A stretch of DNA of 62,054 nucleotides, the filler included, from Trypethelium eluteriae (lineage: Eukaryota), in the NCBI GenBank assembly GCA_051942245.1. It is 2 parts of 2 records of this genome, joined end to end, with 100 filler letters (N's around TTAATTAATTAA, not from the genome) between each part and the next. Parts side by side here need not be neighbours in the genome. Positions count along the whole stretch, not along the records: positions 1 to 30,990 come from JAVECL010000280.1; positions 31,091 to 62,054 come from JAVECL010000281.1. One strand, 5' to 3'. Below are positions 18,604-31,218 of the stretch, one piece after another; positions within the stretch are counted from its first letter, which is position 1; every line of letters begins with the position of its first letter. Made by a program: the position numbers and the translations under genes. A model generated the notes under the pieces. The model ran no database searches and was not told the origin of the DNA. It saw only the letters and a list, made by a program, of their open reading frames with translations.

Positions 18604-21318
18604 TCATGCCAAGCACAATTCGTCATCGCTCTCGCTATTTCTCCCCAGTATACACAATCTTTTGACCTGCATTTGCCTTCGGGCCCGCAATTTGTCTCTG
18701 GCGCGACGTTTTTGGTAGCGCTTTGTAGTAGCATTATCTGATAAGCTCTGCCATTGCGCGGCGAATAGGCCTTCACAAAGTTCATCTTCGACGTCGTTCG
18801 CGTTTGCAAAGTCGTAATCGTCAACCTCAATTTCGTATTTACCACTTTGATCGCTTATACGCGGCATTTGTTCTTCCACACACTCTGTTTCATTCAGACC
18901 GTTTCCTGCGCTTTTGTTGTTGGTTTCGTGCCAATTTTGCACACAACGTATGTCCAAGCGCTCGTCATCTGCCGATGGCGACACGCAGGAGCTCAGTGTG
19001 GGACAGTCCCCACAGTAGGGGCTCGATGGTATGATCTCTAAATCTGCCTCGTCCACTTGATTGTCTTCCTCGTCGACAATACTCGACACGTCACCGTATA
19101 TGTTGTCTGCGTCGAGATGATCCCCAAGAATGTCGTGGTCTTCCATGTGCGTGTTCGTCTCACCAGCGGGTGTTACCAAAATCCATTCACATATCCCCTC
19201 CTCCCATCGGTAACCATCTCGGCTTTGATGGTGTGGCTCTCTACGTCTCTTGACGGGGGTTGTCGTAGCCCATAGTAGGCCGTGTCCTCTTACCGAAGCT
19301 TCAGCACGACGGATAAGAGCTTGACAATTTGGACCGGCATCGAAATGGTGCACAAAGTAAAGGGCACTGTCCAATGCAAGCCGCTGGAGAAACGAAGCAG
19401 AGCTTGAATCCAAGTCATCCCGGCTTGGAGAAAGAAGCCTTTCAACCAAGCCTTGTAGGTGAGCGGAGCCGTTACTACGAACAGTCCGGCCGCAGCATCG
19501 AGCGATCGAACAGATTGTTTCGCACAAGATATCGCTCACTTCTAAATCTGGTCCAGCCAAGCGTACGCTCTCTAGCTCTTGAATGGCTACGACGCACCCT
19601 TCCACACCAAATACTGTGGTATCATGAGGTTGAGGTTCGAGGCTAATTTGCAACAGAAGTTCGGCCACCAGCAGGTTCAGCGAACGCCGGATTGATGCAG
19701 CGTGGCGTTCATCGGAACACAATTCACTGTGTCTAAGTTTTCCCAACGATGCTGCGACGCTAATGGCAGCGCTGTGAATAAGCCACCGAGGCGTAGCAAC
19801 AGTGTTCTGGTCCATAAGCAAATTCCCGGGACCCTGAGTATCAGAAGGCGCGCTGCAACCTCCCAATAAAGCGGTCGCGGACAATGATGTCACCAGGCTT
19901 GATATTGTATTGCTCAAGGCCTCCGTATCATTTGTAGGTAAGTTCTTACTCATATCTTCCCGAGAAGTTTTCAAGTCACAAGCGGACTGCAGTACTGAGA
20001 GTGTCAGATGAGCGGCAGCATCGCAAGCTTGATTCCCCTTTGAAAGCGACATGAGGACAGTGGCCCATAGCTTCAGCATTCGCTGTTTTGAGGCCCATTC
20101 GATAGGGTATCTTCCGCTTGCAAATAAGCCGCTTAATTGTCTCATTTGGAACGCGGATGAGCATCTGCGCCGGGAATAATCATCCAGAAATCTCATGGCT
20201 TTTTCCAGATGTGTCTCAGTACTTTTACTCTCATTTTCGCTCGAAGTGTAACTCTGCCGCAAGAATGCTTCGAGAAGTCTTTGACTTTCTAGAAAGGTGC
20301 CGTACGTTATGGTGGAATTAACAAGCCTGTCAATTGTGATCCAATCAAGCCGCCTGTTACGTATTGCTCGGCCAATCAAGTCGATGCCATGTGCACGAGT
20401 GACAACCCTTAATGAGTTCCATCCGCTGCCGCTACTTGGCTCGAGAGTCTCCAAATCATTGTATACCTCCGACTGCACGTCAGTCTTGTCATCAGGGTCT
20501 GCATCTTTCCTCCACTCGGTCTCGGCTTGTATGTAGGTAGATACACTCCGCAGACAGGACGAGAGCAGTGATTGAGCTCCTACTCTTTGCTGGTGACCGG
20601 GTACCCCCGTGCGTTCAAGAAATTCTCCTGTCGCCCTCCACAACCCATCATCAGGTTGGGCGCCCTGCCGGCCATATCGATTCTTAGATTTTAGGCGCCT
20701 GCGAGCGTTATTAAAGTGCCCGTGTAGCTCATTGCCATGTCCCATGACATGTTCCTCGCAACACTCTTCCAATGTGGTTTCCTGGCTGTCGCTTTCCCGG
20801 TCTCCTCGATCATGTACCACGTTGTCTATTACCTGGGAGCTGCGTGATATGTACGGTGTCGGTACGAATACGCATCCAGCCGCTGGGTTGCCCATTCCAT
20901 CCTCGGAATTCCATGTTCCTGGGCTTATTCTTGCTTCCTTACGTGTTTTGCTTGTATACTGATGCTTGAGCTTTCTTCTCTTGTCAAATAACCCTTCACC
21001 GCAATTCGTATCTGCAGGATGCTTCTGGCCCGAGTTTGAGGAAGTTGTATAGTCCTTTTCGGTGCGCATACATGCAACGCCTTGCTTAGATGATCTCTGA
21101 CCATCTTTACAGTATTGGAGTCGCGAGTCCTTCTCTGCCTGTTCTCTTCGTGATTGCTCAAGCCTGAGCACCAGTGAACGGAGGAGTCGGTTACAGCGGG
21201 CGGCTGTCCAAGGAAGCTTGTTGGCTGCATGTGGGACATTGGTGCGGTATTTCTCATTTTCTGGCTCCGAGAAACGACTATCAAATCCGCCGGGATGCAT
21301 TGCCGAAGGAGTGATCAT
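18604..21318 (-). CDS. Large hypothetical protein (about 900 aa), uncharacterised
   Basis: Uninterrupted 938-codon ORF with first ATG at 21318. It has conserved-looking blocks (LPWTAARCNRLLRSL, VQSEVYNDLE, LRVVTRAHG, YRWEEGICEWI) and an acidic tail ending DDELCLA. No function is recognisable. Confidence 0.7.
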   Translation of the reverse strand: MITPSAMHPGGFDSRFSEPENEKYRTNVPHAANKLPWTAARCNRLLRSLVLRLEQSRREQAEKDSRLQYCKDGQRSSKQGVACMRTEKDYTTSSNSGQKHPADTNCGEGLFDKRRKLKHQYTSKTRKEARISPGTWNSEDGMGNPAAGCVFVPTPYISRSSQVIDNVVHDRGDRESDSQETTLEECCEEHVMGHGNELHGHFNNARRRLKSKNRYGRQGAQPDDGLWRATGEFLERTGVPGHQQRVGAQSLLSSCLRSVSTYIQAETEWRKDADPDDKTDVQSEVYNDLETLEPSSGSGWNSLRVVTRAHGIDLIGRAIRNRRLDWITIDRLVNSTITYGTFLESQRLLEAFLRQSYTSSENESKSTETHLEKAMRFLDDYSRRRCSSAFQMRQLSGLFASGRYPIEWASKQRMLKLWATVLMSLSKGNQACDAAAHLTLSVLQSACDLKTSREDMSKNLPTNDTEALSNTISSLVTSLSATALLGGCSAPSDTQGPGNLLMDQNTVATPRWLIHSAAISVAASLGKLRHSELCSDERHAASIRRSLNLLVAELLLQISLEPQPHDTTVFGVEGCVVAIQELESVRLAGPDLEVSDILCETICSIARCCGRTVRSNGSAHLQGLVERLLSPSRDDLDSSSASFLQRLALDSALYFVHHFDAGPNCQALIRRAEASVRGHGLLWATTTPVKRRREPHHQSRDGYRWEEGICEWILVTPAGETNTHMEDHDILGDHLDADNIYGDVSSIVDEEDNQVDEADLEIIPSSPYCGDCPTLSSCVSPSADDERLDIRCVQNWHETNNKSAGNGLNETECVEEQMPRISDQSGKYEIEVDDYDFANANDVEDELCEGLFAAQWQSLSDNATTKRYQKRRARDKLRARRQMQVKRLCILGRNSESDDELCLA

Positions 21319-23823
21319 GCTTCGAAGAGCATCTTGCCGGTCTTGGTCATAGGAATCTATTACAGGTGAAGAGGGTGCTGAAAAGCGAATGGCGAGAAAT
21401 TGCGAGATGTCGCGATACACGAATTCGGATTACATCGCTGGTGGGAAGCTGGGAAGCGTTAGTCGTGTTGCAGAGGTAATGTTTGCGTTCGTCAACAAGT
21501 CTTGATGCTGATCAACGGAGCTAGGGACTCTTGGGACAAAAACTTGGCAAACTTCTGCGACGCTCTACCTCGCGTGCCTCGCACGCCTCGTTACGTCTTC
21601 CTGCAATCAAGGATGATAATTCCAAGACTTCCAATTATCTTCGCGAATACACCTCGTGACCCCGAAATGGGAGTCGCTGAATATAATGCAATCTCACTCC
21701 ATTATTCTATTACCAGCATGTGTAAAGAGAGAATATATATCACATTGTTGGCGACTTTCCACCTGGTCAATTCCCTACCTGGCTTTCCTAACACAATGCT
21801 TGAAGAAGACTGGTATGCCAAGCTAAGAAGACTTGAATGATTGAGAATATCCATGTTCGAAATGCGAGGAGACGCCGTACTTCCCAGGGAAGCTTTCTCT
21901 AGTTTGACCCATCAACGCATGTCCGTGTGCCCTCCCTCACAAACGTACTCGAGGTTCCTGGCTGCTGTTAAAAGATAGTGTTCTATACAATTGTCATGAA
22001 GAGTCTTCATATTTCCTGTGCCTTTTCTCCCATCACCGTCATTCGGATACGCGTTCCTAAAGTAGGTGTAGGGTATTTTTCTTTAATCTCACATACTCAC
22101 AGATCGAACACGGAGATGAAATTTACACACTCCTCTCTCTTCCCACCCGCCACAAATCATGCCCAATTGTATTGCAAATCAAAACTATGCTCAGTCTCTC
22201 TTCTCATAGTCATGGTTAATCTAAAGGCATTAGCACATACCTCGCATCTACGGGAGGATATAATGCTTAGTACAGCCGAAGCATGCAGATTTCGATATTT
22301 ACGCAAGCGCTGACACCCAAACCAAATGCTCGTCACAGTGGCTGGATACTTTCAAGGGGACTCTAGTGAGGTACGCTTTTCAGAGTCAATCTTTGACGCG
22401 CAAGCGTTCTATTATCTCCCAGCAGACTAGCCTTTAGCACGTTCATCGGTCGATCAAAACTGCCTACCGAATTGAGAAAGGATGTTGTGATTATCCTGCA
22501 CGCTGACGGCTAGGCTTGAGACAGGTTACGCGTCTTTTCTAGGCTTCAAAGCTACTGAATACTCAATCTACCAGGAAGAGCTGAAGAACAGCCCGAAGGA
22601 AACCTGCCAACAGACTAACAAGCGTTAAAGGTTCCTCCAACTGCTTGCCCCAAATTTTCTTTAGATTTGGCTAGCTCCACAGCCAGCGGGCTCTGAAGGG
22701 TCTATGGACCTTACTTGTACTTACGGGCGGCACCATTGGGCAATCAGATATACTTCAAAGGTGATCTGCGAGGGTTTATTCCTCACAGTGGATGGCTCTC
22801 TGGCTTGGACTGCATCAACCTGAGAGTCAAATATCCCCGCGGCCTTGGCAAAAGTTACGCGTTTCGTCTGCACTGCGCCTCCACCATGTTCTAGTACAGG
22901 GTCTTGAATCCGTCGAAAGTGCTCTTCACCGAGCTGAAGGAAGCCAACCATGCGTTATTTGCTTTCAGCGTGGGGTAATTTGCAGCACTACTCCGTATTG
23001 TTGATAAACCTCCATGCTTCAAAGTAAGGCAATCCCGTTATCTTGTATCTGCATGTGGTTACTACATGCTCAATCAAGTGCCGACTGCGCAATGGGGATC
23101 CCCGATATTTGGAAGCGAAGCGAGCAGTAAGTCGACGCCCGCCAGTTGGGACCCCGTTGCAGCTACGACATAGCAAGGCTAAACCCTGCGCTCAAACCCT
23201 TAATGAAAGAGGTGCGGTGACATGGAGCGAAGAGTGACAGGCGAGCCAGCCTTGGTGCCATATGCTCGACGTCGCACAATAGCTCACACAGAGACATTCA
23301 AAGCTTATAGCAATATCGTTCTTTAGTCTAGCAGGAGCACAAGCTGACGTAGTTGATCGTTCGGCTAGAGACTAGAGATCGGAAAAGGTAAGGCTTCAGT
23401 GCACGGCCTCCCACCGTGCCGCTCTTTCTACGAAGCCATGCCATTTTCGGCTGCGCCAACAACTTTCCTCTATTTTCAACTTACAACAGCCTCTCTTTGA
23501 CTCGTCAACTGGAGGACCAATGCAACAATGTCCAAGTTTGCACAGCATGCATACCGTGCGCCCCAGTCAAGCCAGGTCGACTGTATTGCCCCGCGTATCG
23601 GCCTTCCCTCAAAAAATCCGTACCAGTTGCCAGAACGTGGAAAGTTTAATATCCCCATGAGCCCAAAGTCAGACCCTTGGCTCTGCCCAATTTTGTAAGA
23701 CTCTATGCTTTGTCTCAGCCTTGGGAGCTTGGTGGTTGTTATTAGGGTGTGATCGCTACTTTGAAAAGGACTTATCCTTTCGTAATTCCTCTTGCACCCC
23801 CATCAATACTTCAATCTGCAACG

Positions 23824-25311
23824 ATGTTCTCACTGCTAGCCGCTTCGCTCCTTGGGCTGGGTAAGATATCTGAAAATAGACCAAACTGTCTACGCTCATA
23901 AGGCTTCCAGGCTTGATGGTCTCTGCACAAATCACCAAGCATTGCCAGAACGGCGCCTGCTTTAGCCTGAACATCCCCGAAATGACAGCTACAAACGGCA
24001 AGGGAGACATCTACTTTCAAGTCTCTGCACCAACTTCCAACTCATGGGTCGCACTAGCTCAAGGTAGCCATATGGCTAATTCTAGTATATTCGTCGTGTA
24101 TACCAGCAGTGATGGAAAGAATGTGACGCTATCTCCTCGTGCAGGAGTAGGCCACGTCGAACCAAAATCTAGTTTGGGCCCTCAAGTAAGTTTAGTGGCG
24201 GGTTCCGGCGTCGTAAATGGCATTATGACTGCGAACATAAAGTGTATAGTACAATGCGCGAGAGTTTGAAATAGCAAAGGCTGACTTGAACAAGGCTCAA
24301 ATTGTGATTCCTGGAGCGGTGGCACTATAGACTTCACCTCAAGTTCCGGTACCTGGATTTGGGCTGTTCGGTCCGGTCCGGCTTTAAACTCGGACGCTGC
24401 TGATCAGTCTCTACTTCAGCACAGTGAAGAAGGGTCCTTCGCCTTCAACTTCACCCAAGCTAGGGGTGGGAACGACGTCAACCCTTTCACAAATCCTTCG
24501 ACAACAACCGCTTCAGGTAGTTCTTCGGGTGGCTCTACATCCGCTGGAGGAGGTACTGGACCAGATAGTACTTTTACTGCCAATCACCAGCGTACACGGA
24601 GTATCATCATAGCCCATGGCGTCATGGCCTCCCTTGCATTTGTAATCTTCTTTCCCTTAGGCGCTATCATCATTCGGGCACTCAACTTTCCCGGCTTGAT
24701 ATGGCTGCATGCAGCTTTGCAAATGTTTGCATACGTCGTATATGTTCCCGCCGTTGGTCTTGGTTGCTGGATTGCCGTTCATAAAAGATATGTAAGTAGT
24801 CTTGTCACCCGCCCTTCTTGTGTGTGCTCCTCATTCAGAGCTTGCTGTTTCCCCATCGCCTTGATATCCATTGATGGATAGATCAAGACTGATCATCAAT
24901 TTCTAGCTTAACGAGCATCATCCTGCCATCGGTCTCGTCCTCTTTATTCTGCTCATCCTTCAACCCGTCTTCGGCAGTCTCCATCATAATGCCTTCAAAA
25001 AGCAAGGCGGCCGCACCATCTGGTCACATGCTCATCTCTGGCTTGGCCGCGTTATCATTACGCTCGGCATGATCAACGGAGGACTCGGTCTCCTCCTCGC
25101 AGGGAATGCATCTCGTGGACAATACATTGCATACGGCGTCGTCGCCGGAATAATTTGGGTAGCGTATGTTGTTTCTGCTGTCTTCGGTGAATGGAAAAGA
25201 GAGAAAATGGTGCGAGCAGATCCTTCTCCGCAGTCATCCAAGTTCGCATCTGTGGGAGGGGAGTCTGGTAGTCGGGAGCCTACATCACGTGGAGAAGTAG
25301 TTGAAAGATAA
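23824..25311 (+). CDS. CDH-cytochrome/DOMON (AA8-like) domain fused to a cytochrome b561 membrane domain
   Basis: Introns 23861-23910, 24244-24294 and 24792-24906. Signal peptide, WVALAQGSHM (heme Met), TLSPRAGVGHVEP, CSNCDSW and LLQH (heme His). The b561 His motifs AHGVMASLAF, WLHAALQ, HHPAIG and AHLWLGR follow. Confidence 0.88.
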
Positions 25312-25526
25312 GTACAACCGGCTGGCGAAGTAAGTCGACTGCTTAAAAAAGATTGATCGTTCGAGCTTTGATGTCTGGCTTTTGGATATTTATTCAAGGA
25401 TGGTGTGTGACGAATCTTTTTTTATTTATAGAATGATATGGCCAATTACGGTATGGATTTCTAGCGCACTTACATAGAATATAGTTCACCCACTATCATC
25501 AGCGGCTTTTTCTTTTTCTTTTGCTT

Positions 25527-26623
25527 TCAAACGTGATCAACTGAATCCTGGTTCTCGCGCTTCACCTCCGCCGGCTTCAACTCCCTTCCAACCCCGCTCT
25601 TCATCTTACCAGCGGAATCCGGCAGTTCACCCTCGTCCGAGCTCGACGCTCCACAGTGTTTACACACAGCAGTGTGCGAGTGTGCTCTGCCCATTGGGCC
25701 ACCAACCTCATCAATCGCAGTTCCCTGCCCGCCAATCCCAAAATCCACTTGAGCGGCGCCTTCACCAGTCAAGTATAGATACCAGTAGACCGTTCCCACG
25801 AAGAAACCGCCTCCAATAGTATTTCCGAGGAGCGCTGGAATCATCGACTTCCAAATGTAGTACCCTACCGAAATCGGCGCTCCATTCCAGATACCCATGG
25901 GCACCAGAAACATATTGGCAATCACGTGATCCATCCCGAGAGCAACAAACGCGGTGATAGGCCACCAGATTGCTAGGATCTTACTAGAAATCTCTCGCGC
26001 GCTGATCGCCATAAACACCGCTAAACACACCAGCCAATTCGCGCCGATCGCCTTGAGAAAGATCTGATGCCACCCCGGCGTCACGGCCTTCCCGACCGCA
26101 AAGGTGATCGACTCGGCCTTGTACGCGCTGGAGCTGAATACGCCGCCGTAGCCGACAATGATTGCCATGAAGAAGAGCATGCCAGCGAGATTGCCGAAGA
26201 AGGAGATGAACCACGACTTGGCGACGTCAAGCAGATTGCAGCGACGATGCAGGAAGGCGACAGGTAGGAACATGACGTTCGAGGTGTACAGATCGGCGCC
26301 CGTAAGAACGACCGTGATGAGGCCGACGGGAAAGAAACAAGCGGAGATGGTGCGAATGAGGCCTGGCGCATTTTCTTGATACCAGGGTGAGGCGTTGGTG
26401 CTGAGGGTGATTGCACAGCTGGAGAAGGAAGAGGTCAGTTTGTGGAGGTAGCAAGAGGAGTTTGGAGAAGGCTGGGGGGAAGGAGTTTGTCGGCGTACCC
26501 GAAACCAAGGAGAGGACCTGCCATGACCGAGTTCCACCAGAGCTTATCGAGACGCATTTTGGCTTTCTTTGCGCCAGTTCGCGAGATTAGCTCGATGGTT
26601 TGTTGGGGGGTGAAGGCGTCCAT
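25527..26623 (-). CDS. Formate/nitrite transporter (FNT family)
   Basis: Exon MDAFTPQQTIELISRTGAKKA..GPLLGFG, then intron 26419-26498, then FPVGL, GADLYTSN, FFGNLAG, IGANWLVCLA and GMDHVIANMF motifs. Confidence 0.93.
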
Positions 26624-26791
26624 TATGATGTTGATCGTCCGTCTAGGTGAGAAGATTTATTCGAGACTATTTCCTTTCAGAGGAAACCTGCTATTGAGTG
26701 ATTGTTATCTTTTGTTTAGGGGGATAGAGTAACAGGACATGCAATGACTTCAACTCCAAGAGCCAAGAAAACTGGGGAAGAGACATGGGTC

Positions 26792-26797
26792 TTTATA
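26792..26797 (-). promoter_or_regulatory. Candidate TATA box of the FNT gene
   Basis: TATAAA on the minus strand about 170 bp upstream of the ATG at 26623. Confidence 0.35.
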
Positions 26798-27562
26798 AAA
26801 GTATCGGCCCATGCTCAGCTATTTACCGGGTATCTGCTGTGATTCTCAGCTACTCCTTCGCCGTTGGTCGACTTCGTGGGGGCTCCGACACCAACGACGC
26901 CCAGTCTGCTGCTGTCAACGTTCGCTGTCGCCACTAAAAGCCTGCTTTCGACGAATTGAGCAAGGTGCCTCGGAGGCTATGTCTACGGAAGGCGGCGCGG
27001 TAGCAACTAAAAGAGCTGTAGAGTAGGTGAATGGAGAGCTACGTGTTTAAACCCCTGTAGTATTTTCAGCATGTTTAAGCCACCAGGCTTGGCAACCGTG
27101 CCGCCGGCGCATCAATACATTCTCCACCCATGAGAAAGCAGAAGGTCGGACAGGCACGGAAGCAGGTGAAGGCAGGTCAGACCCGTGCCATAATGCCAGG
27201 ATCAACAGTCTAGATTTCCATGGATTGTGCAGGGGGCCCGACTCTTCCTCTCACCTTCCATCTGCAGTGAGGATGTGGGTGAGATCTTGGCGTTGTTGGA
27301 GCTGATAAGCAACAGCACGTGGATGGAGGCGTTTGTCAGATATTAAGTAATACTGCTCCTATCTGCCATGGTTTCGCCGTGATGCTCACGTGACTTGGAG
27401 GATCTGGTGGAGGGGCAACGCGAGGCGGAGGAGGCTCCGATTTCCGTCGCGACCACGTCCAAAACATTAGCAACTTGGAGATTATCAAATCTTCTCCCTG
27501 CGGCCTCCTTTGGTCATCTATCCTCCTAAAACTCCACATACATCTGCTCTGCTAGAGTCACC

Positions 27563-28637
27563 ATGGGCGAGTCCAGGTAAGAATCGATTTCTAAATTTGA
27601 AGCGCATGCGCAATACCACTGTTACTGATCTTGCAATTAGGCAGGAGTTACTGGCATGGTTGAATAACCTTCTTCAACTCAACATCACCAAAGTTGAGCA
27701 ATGTGGAACAGGGTATGAAGGCGCTCTCGTGCCAAGCAACTCCTTTTCATCAACTCGTATCGCAAAGCTGACGTATATTACCAGGGCTGCGTACTGTCAA
27801 ATTTTAGATAGCATCTACGGTAAGCGCGCGGTTTGCTACCAAAGACAAGAGATGAGGAACTGACTTCAAATACTTAAGGTGACCTGCCCATGGCAAGAGT
27901 GAAATTTAACGTCAATACCGAATATGCATACCTCCAGAACTTCAAGGTACTACAAAGTAAGCGACAGCCCAAGCACTACTCATGTCCTCATCCCAATTCA
28001 TATTCCCTCCCATGCACATACTCATCGTCTTACAGATGCCGCCACCAAGCACAATGTCGATCGCCCTATACCTGTCGAGTCCCTCGTCAAGTGTAAGATG
28101 CAAGATAACCTCGCTTTCCTCCAATTCATGAAAGGTTATTGGGACCAATACTTCCCGGGCGGCGAATACGACGCCATCGCCCGCCGAAAAGGTTCTGGCG
28201 CACCTCCTGCCACCGCTGCCAGCCGCGCTCCTGCAGCCTCTACCGCACGGCGAGCCCCATCCGCCACTACCGCCACTACCGCGCCACGAGCAGGGAGTCG
28301 GCAAGGCGGAGGGGGCGCGGCGTCGGCCGTGTTGATGCAGGAAAACAATGCGCTGAAAGAGACAGTGCAGGGCTTGGAGAGGGAACGAGATTTCTACTTT
28401 AGCAAGCTAAGGGATATTGAGTTGTTGGTCCAGCAGGCGTTCGAGGCGGATCCAGAGTTGGAGAAGGATGAAGGGGGGTTGTTAAAGCAGATTCAGGCGA
28501 TACTATACTCGACGGAGGTAAGACTATTCGTCCCCGCGGCTTGAGAAGAATCAACCCAGGCTAATAACTTCATATAGGAGGGATTTGAGATCCCGGCCGA
28601 AGGAGAAGGCGAGCTCGCTGAAGAGGAGACTTTCTAA
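27563..28637 (+). CDS. BIM1: EB1/Bim1/Mal3 microtubule plus-end binding protein (multi-exon)
   Basis: MGES-RQELLAWLNNLLQLNITKVEQCGTG, ARVKFNVNTEYAYLQNFKVLQ and CKMQDNL (CH domain). LERERDFYFSKLRDIE and ILYSTEEGFE (EBH domain). C-terminal EEETF*. Confidence 0.95.
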
Positions 28638-29787
28638 ACAGCATGAGTGCGGTCTTGGGGAAGGACGGTGTAATGAGGTGTATGTAAGTGATGATATCCA
28701 CGAGATGCGGACGAATACCAGGGACACAGACACAAAAGCACGGAGGGACATTGGCTGATAGGTGCATGGGGGAGTGTACACTACAGGCCAAATAGATTTT
28801 GATCATGAACATAGCATTTACCGTCCACAGCTATGAATAGTCTGGACTATCATCAACGCGTTAGGGTCCACGAAAAAGATCGATATATCCGGGACTCTTG
28901 CCCTCCAACCGCCACGATGCACTTACGTTACGAGAAAGCATTTACTCCCCCATACACCCTCTACTTAATTCTCTTTCTGGCACATCATTCCACCATCCTA
29001 CCGAATCTCATACTCTCCTTCAACACTCCCTTCCTTACGTTCCACATATGGCACGCACCAGGGTACTTCATTCGTGTCCCATTTCTTCAACTCCCACAGA
29101 GCAAGGTTGGTCGCAGACAAAGTACGAAAAGTATCACAGGCGGTTTTGAGTATCGGAAAGCGGCCCGTATCCGGCGCTAGGAATTCGGTTTTTACGAGGT
29201 AACGAGCCTGTGATGACAGGTCTCCAGCAACATAGAAAAATGGTTCTGACTCAGTCGTGGTTTTGAGAAATACTTCTTACTGCAATCGTTTGATTCGGAT
29301 ATGAGGCAATGAAGAAGGAAATGATAGCGGCATAAGTAGAAGGGCCACTCTGCTACGACCTGTCAGCACTTGCTTTCCTGCCAGAATGGCACAAGGCACG
29401 ACGAGCTCCTCTGAGCGCCCAAAGACGTATGAACATGTCGTAGTGTCCACGCTACGTAGGGTAGCTCGCCATAAGGAATGATCACCTCCATCTCTTAAAT
29501 CTGATCTACTCGTGATCCATATCTTGCGTCTATTCATGGAAGCCTACACCGGGGTCTCAACCTCTAATGACAGTCATATTATGATCCCCAATGAATGGAT
29601 AGATTTTCACACATTTGTGGCTAGCGTAGATTCTTGTAGTCCCTACGCCACCTCGGAGGAATACGTAAGGGTCACTGGCGTTGTTGCCTTTGTCAATAGA
29701 ATCTATATCTCATTAAAAATCCAAAGCCATGAAATTCCCGAAAGGCTGACGACATGTTTATCAAAGATGCGACGAAAGGCCATCATC

Positions 29788-29804
29788 TTTTTTTTTTTTT
29801 TTTT
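29788..29804 (+). repeat. Poly-T tract (T17)
   Basis: 17 consecutive T in intergenic sequence. Confidence 0.9.
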
Positions 29805-30243
29805 CAGGAGAGCTTCAAAGATAATACGGGGTACTTCGTGATGACAACAATGATTCCGGCGTAGAAACTGAAGCTAAAGAAATTGCTCAAACATTAGAAG
29901 ACTTCACTCTTGGATCGATATTCACTACCCCGATTGGACGTCGAAGGTCTCACATGGTAGGCTACGATTCGGACGCCTGCATGCCATGGACTGCAGTACG
30001 GGCAGTACTGAAGTGGATGATGTAAAGGTGCTTCGCAGTAAGGAATGAGACCCGGAAAGATCCTTGTCGGGTCAATTCCGCGGCCGTTTTTGCATAAGCT
30101 AAATGTATCCTACAGCGCCAAGCATCAAAACATCTTTACCATCCCAAACTTGCCTCACAACAGTACGCTCTGCGATCGCCCAACGACAGCTCTTGGAACA
30201 GCTCAGATTTCTTCAACGGAAAATCGGCACTACGCCTCTGGCA

Positions 30244-30990
30244 ATGTCCCAAGGCCCAGACCTAACTATCCCCACCACTTCCCTCTCGGAGACCTCGAAA
30301 CCCTACACTCTCTATCACATCCACCTTCCTCACCCTCTCCGCACTCTCGTCCTCCAAAAACGCTACTCCGACTTTCTAGACTTACATTCCTCCCTCTCAA
30401 CCCAAGCCGGCACCCCTCCACCTGCCCCACTCCCACCCAAAACCTGGTTCGGCAGCACAGTCTCCAGTCCCACCCTCACCGAATCCCGTCGCCGCGGACT
30501 CGAAATATACCTCCAAGCCATCGCAACAAGCCCCGACTCGCAATGGCGATCCACCTCCGCCTGGCAGTCCTTCCTCTCGCTCCCCTCCAACCCATTTTCC
30601 ACCTCCCTCACCTCTAGCAGCACAGTCCCAACCACCAATCGGCCCACCATCCGCACCTCCGCACACTGGCTCGACGCCCACACGACGCTGAAAACCCAGC
30701 TGCGGGACGCGCGCCAAGCGATCGCGCGGCGCGAGCAGCGCGAGACCAGCGTTGCAGCAGCGCACGAGGCGAGCGCGGAAGCGAAGAAGGCGCTCGTGCG
30801 GGCGGGCACGCTGATCGCGGAGTTGGAGCGGGGGCTTCGCACGCTGCAGGAGGGAGATAGTGGGGAGAAGCTGGCGGAGGGCGAGGTGCGGCGGCGGCGC
30901 GACATGCTGTCTGGGGCGCGGAAGGAGCGGGAGGCGCTGGAGAGCGTGTTGAGTTCGACGATGCCGAGGGCGGGCGGTGGTGGTGGTGGG
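30244..30990 (+). CDS. VAM7: PX-domain vacuolar SNARE, Vam7-like (3' end lost in the gap)
   Basis: PX motifs KPYTLYHI, QKRYSDFLDLH, PPAPLPPKTWF and ESRRRGLEIYL, then a helical region with KLAEGEVRRRRDML. The SNARE motif is not visible because the ORF runs into Ns. Confidence 0.8.
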
Positions 30991-31090
30991 NNNNNNNNNN
31001 NNNNNNNNNNNNNNNNNNNNNNNNNNNNNNNNNNTTAATTAATTAANNNNNNNNNNNNNNNNNNNNNNNNNNNNNNNNNNNNNNNNNNNN
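30991..31090. other. Artificial scaffold/contig-join spacer (N44 + TTAATTAATTAA + N44)
   Basis: Exactly 100 bp. The central palindromic 12-mer at 31035-31046 places stop codons in all six frames. Confidence 0.95.
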
Positions 31091-31218
31091 GCGGAAACTA
31101 ACCTCCAAACTAACAGGGGATTGGACACAACTACGGATAATTACGCAATTATTCATTCTATCCAAATCCAATTCAGACTAGTTTGGATATGCATAATTTA
31201 TTCCATGGTTGGCTATGC

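Noticed and set aside
21500..23700. Short ORFs in a 2-kb intergenic stretch; possible transposon relic
   Set aside because: I found no transposase, reverse transcriptase or integrase motif, terminal repeat or target-site duplication.
14756..25311. Ferric reductase and cytochrome b561 protein as an iron-uptake cluster
   Set aside because: They are 7 kb apart with an unrelated gene between, and no ferroxidase or iron permease is present.
31035..31046. Perfect palindrome TTAATTAATTAA
   Set aside because: It is a synthetic linker centred in the N spacer, not biological sequence.
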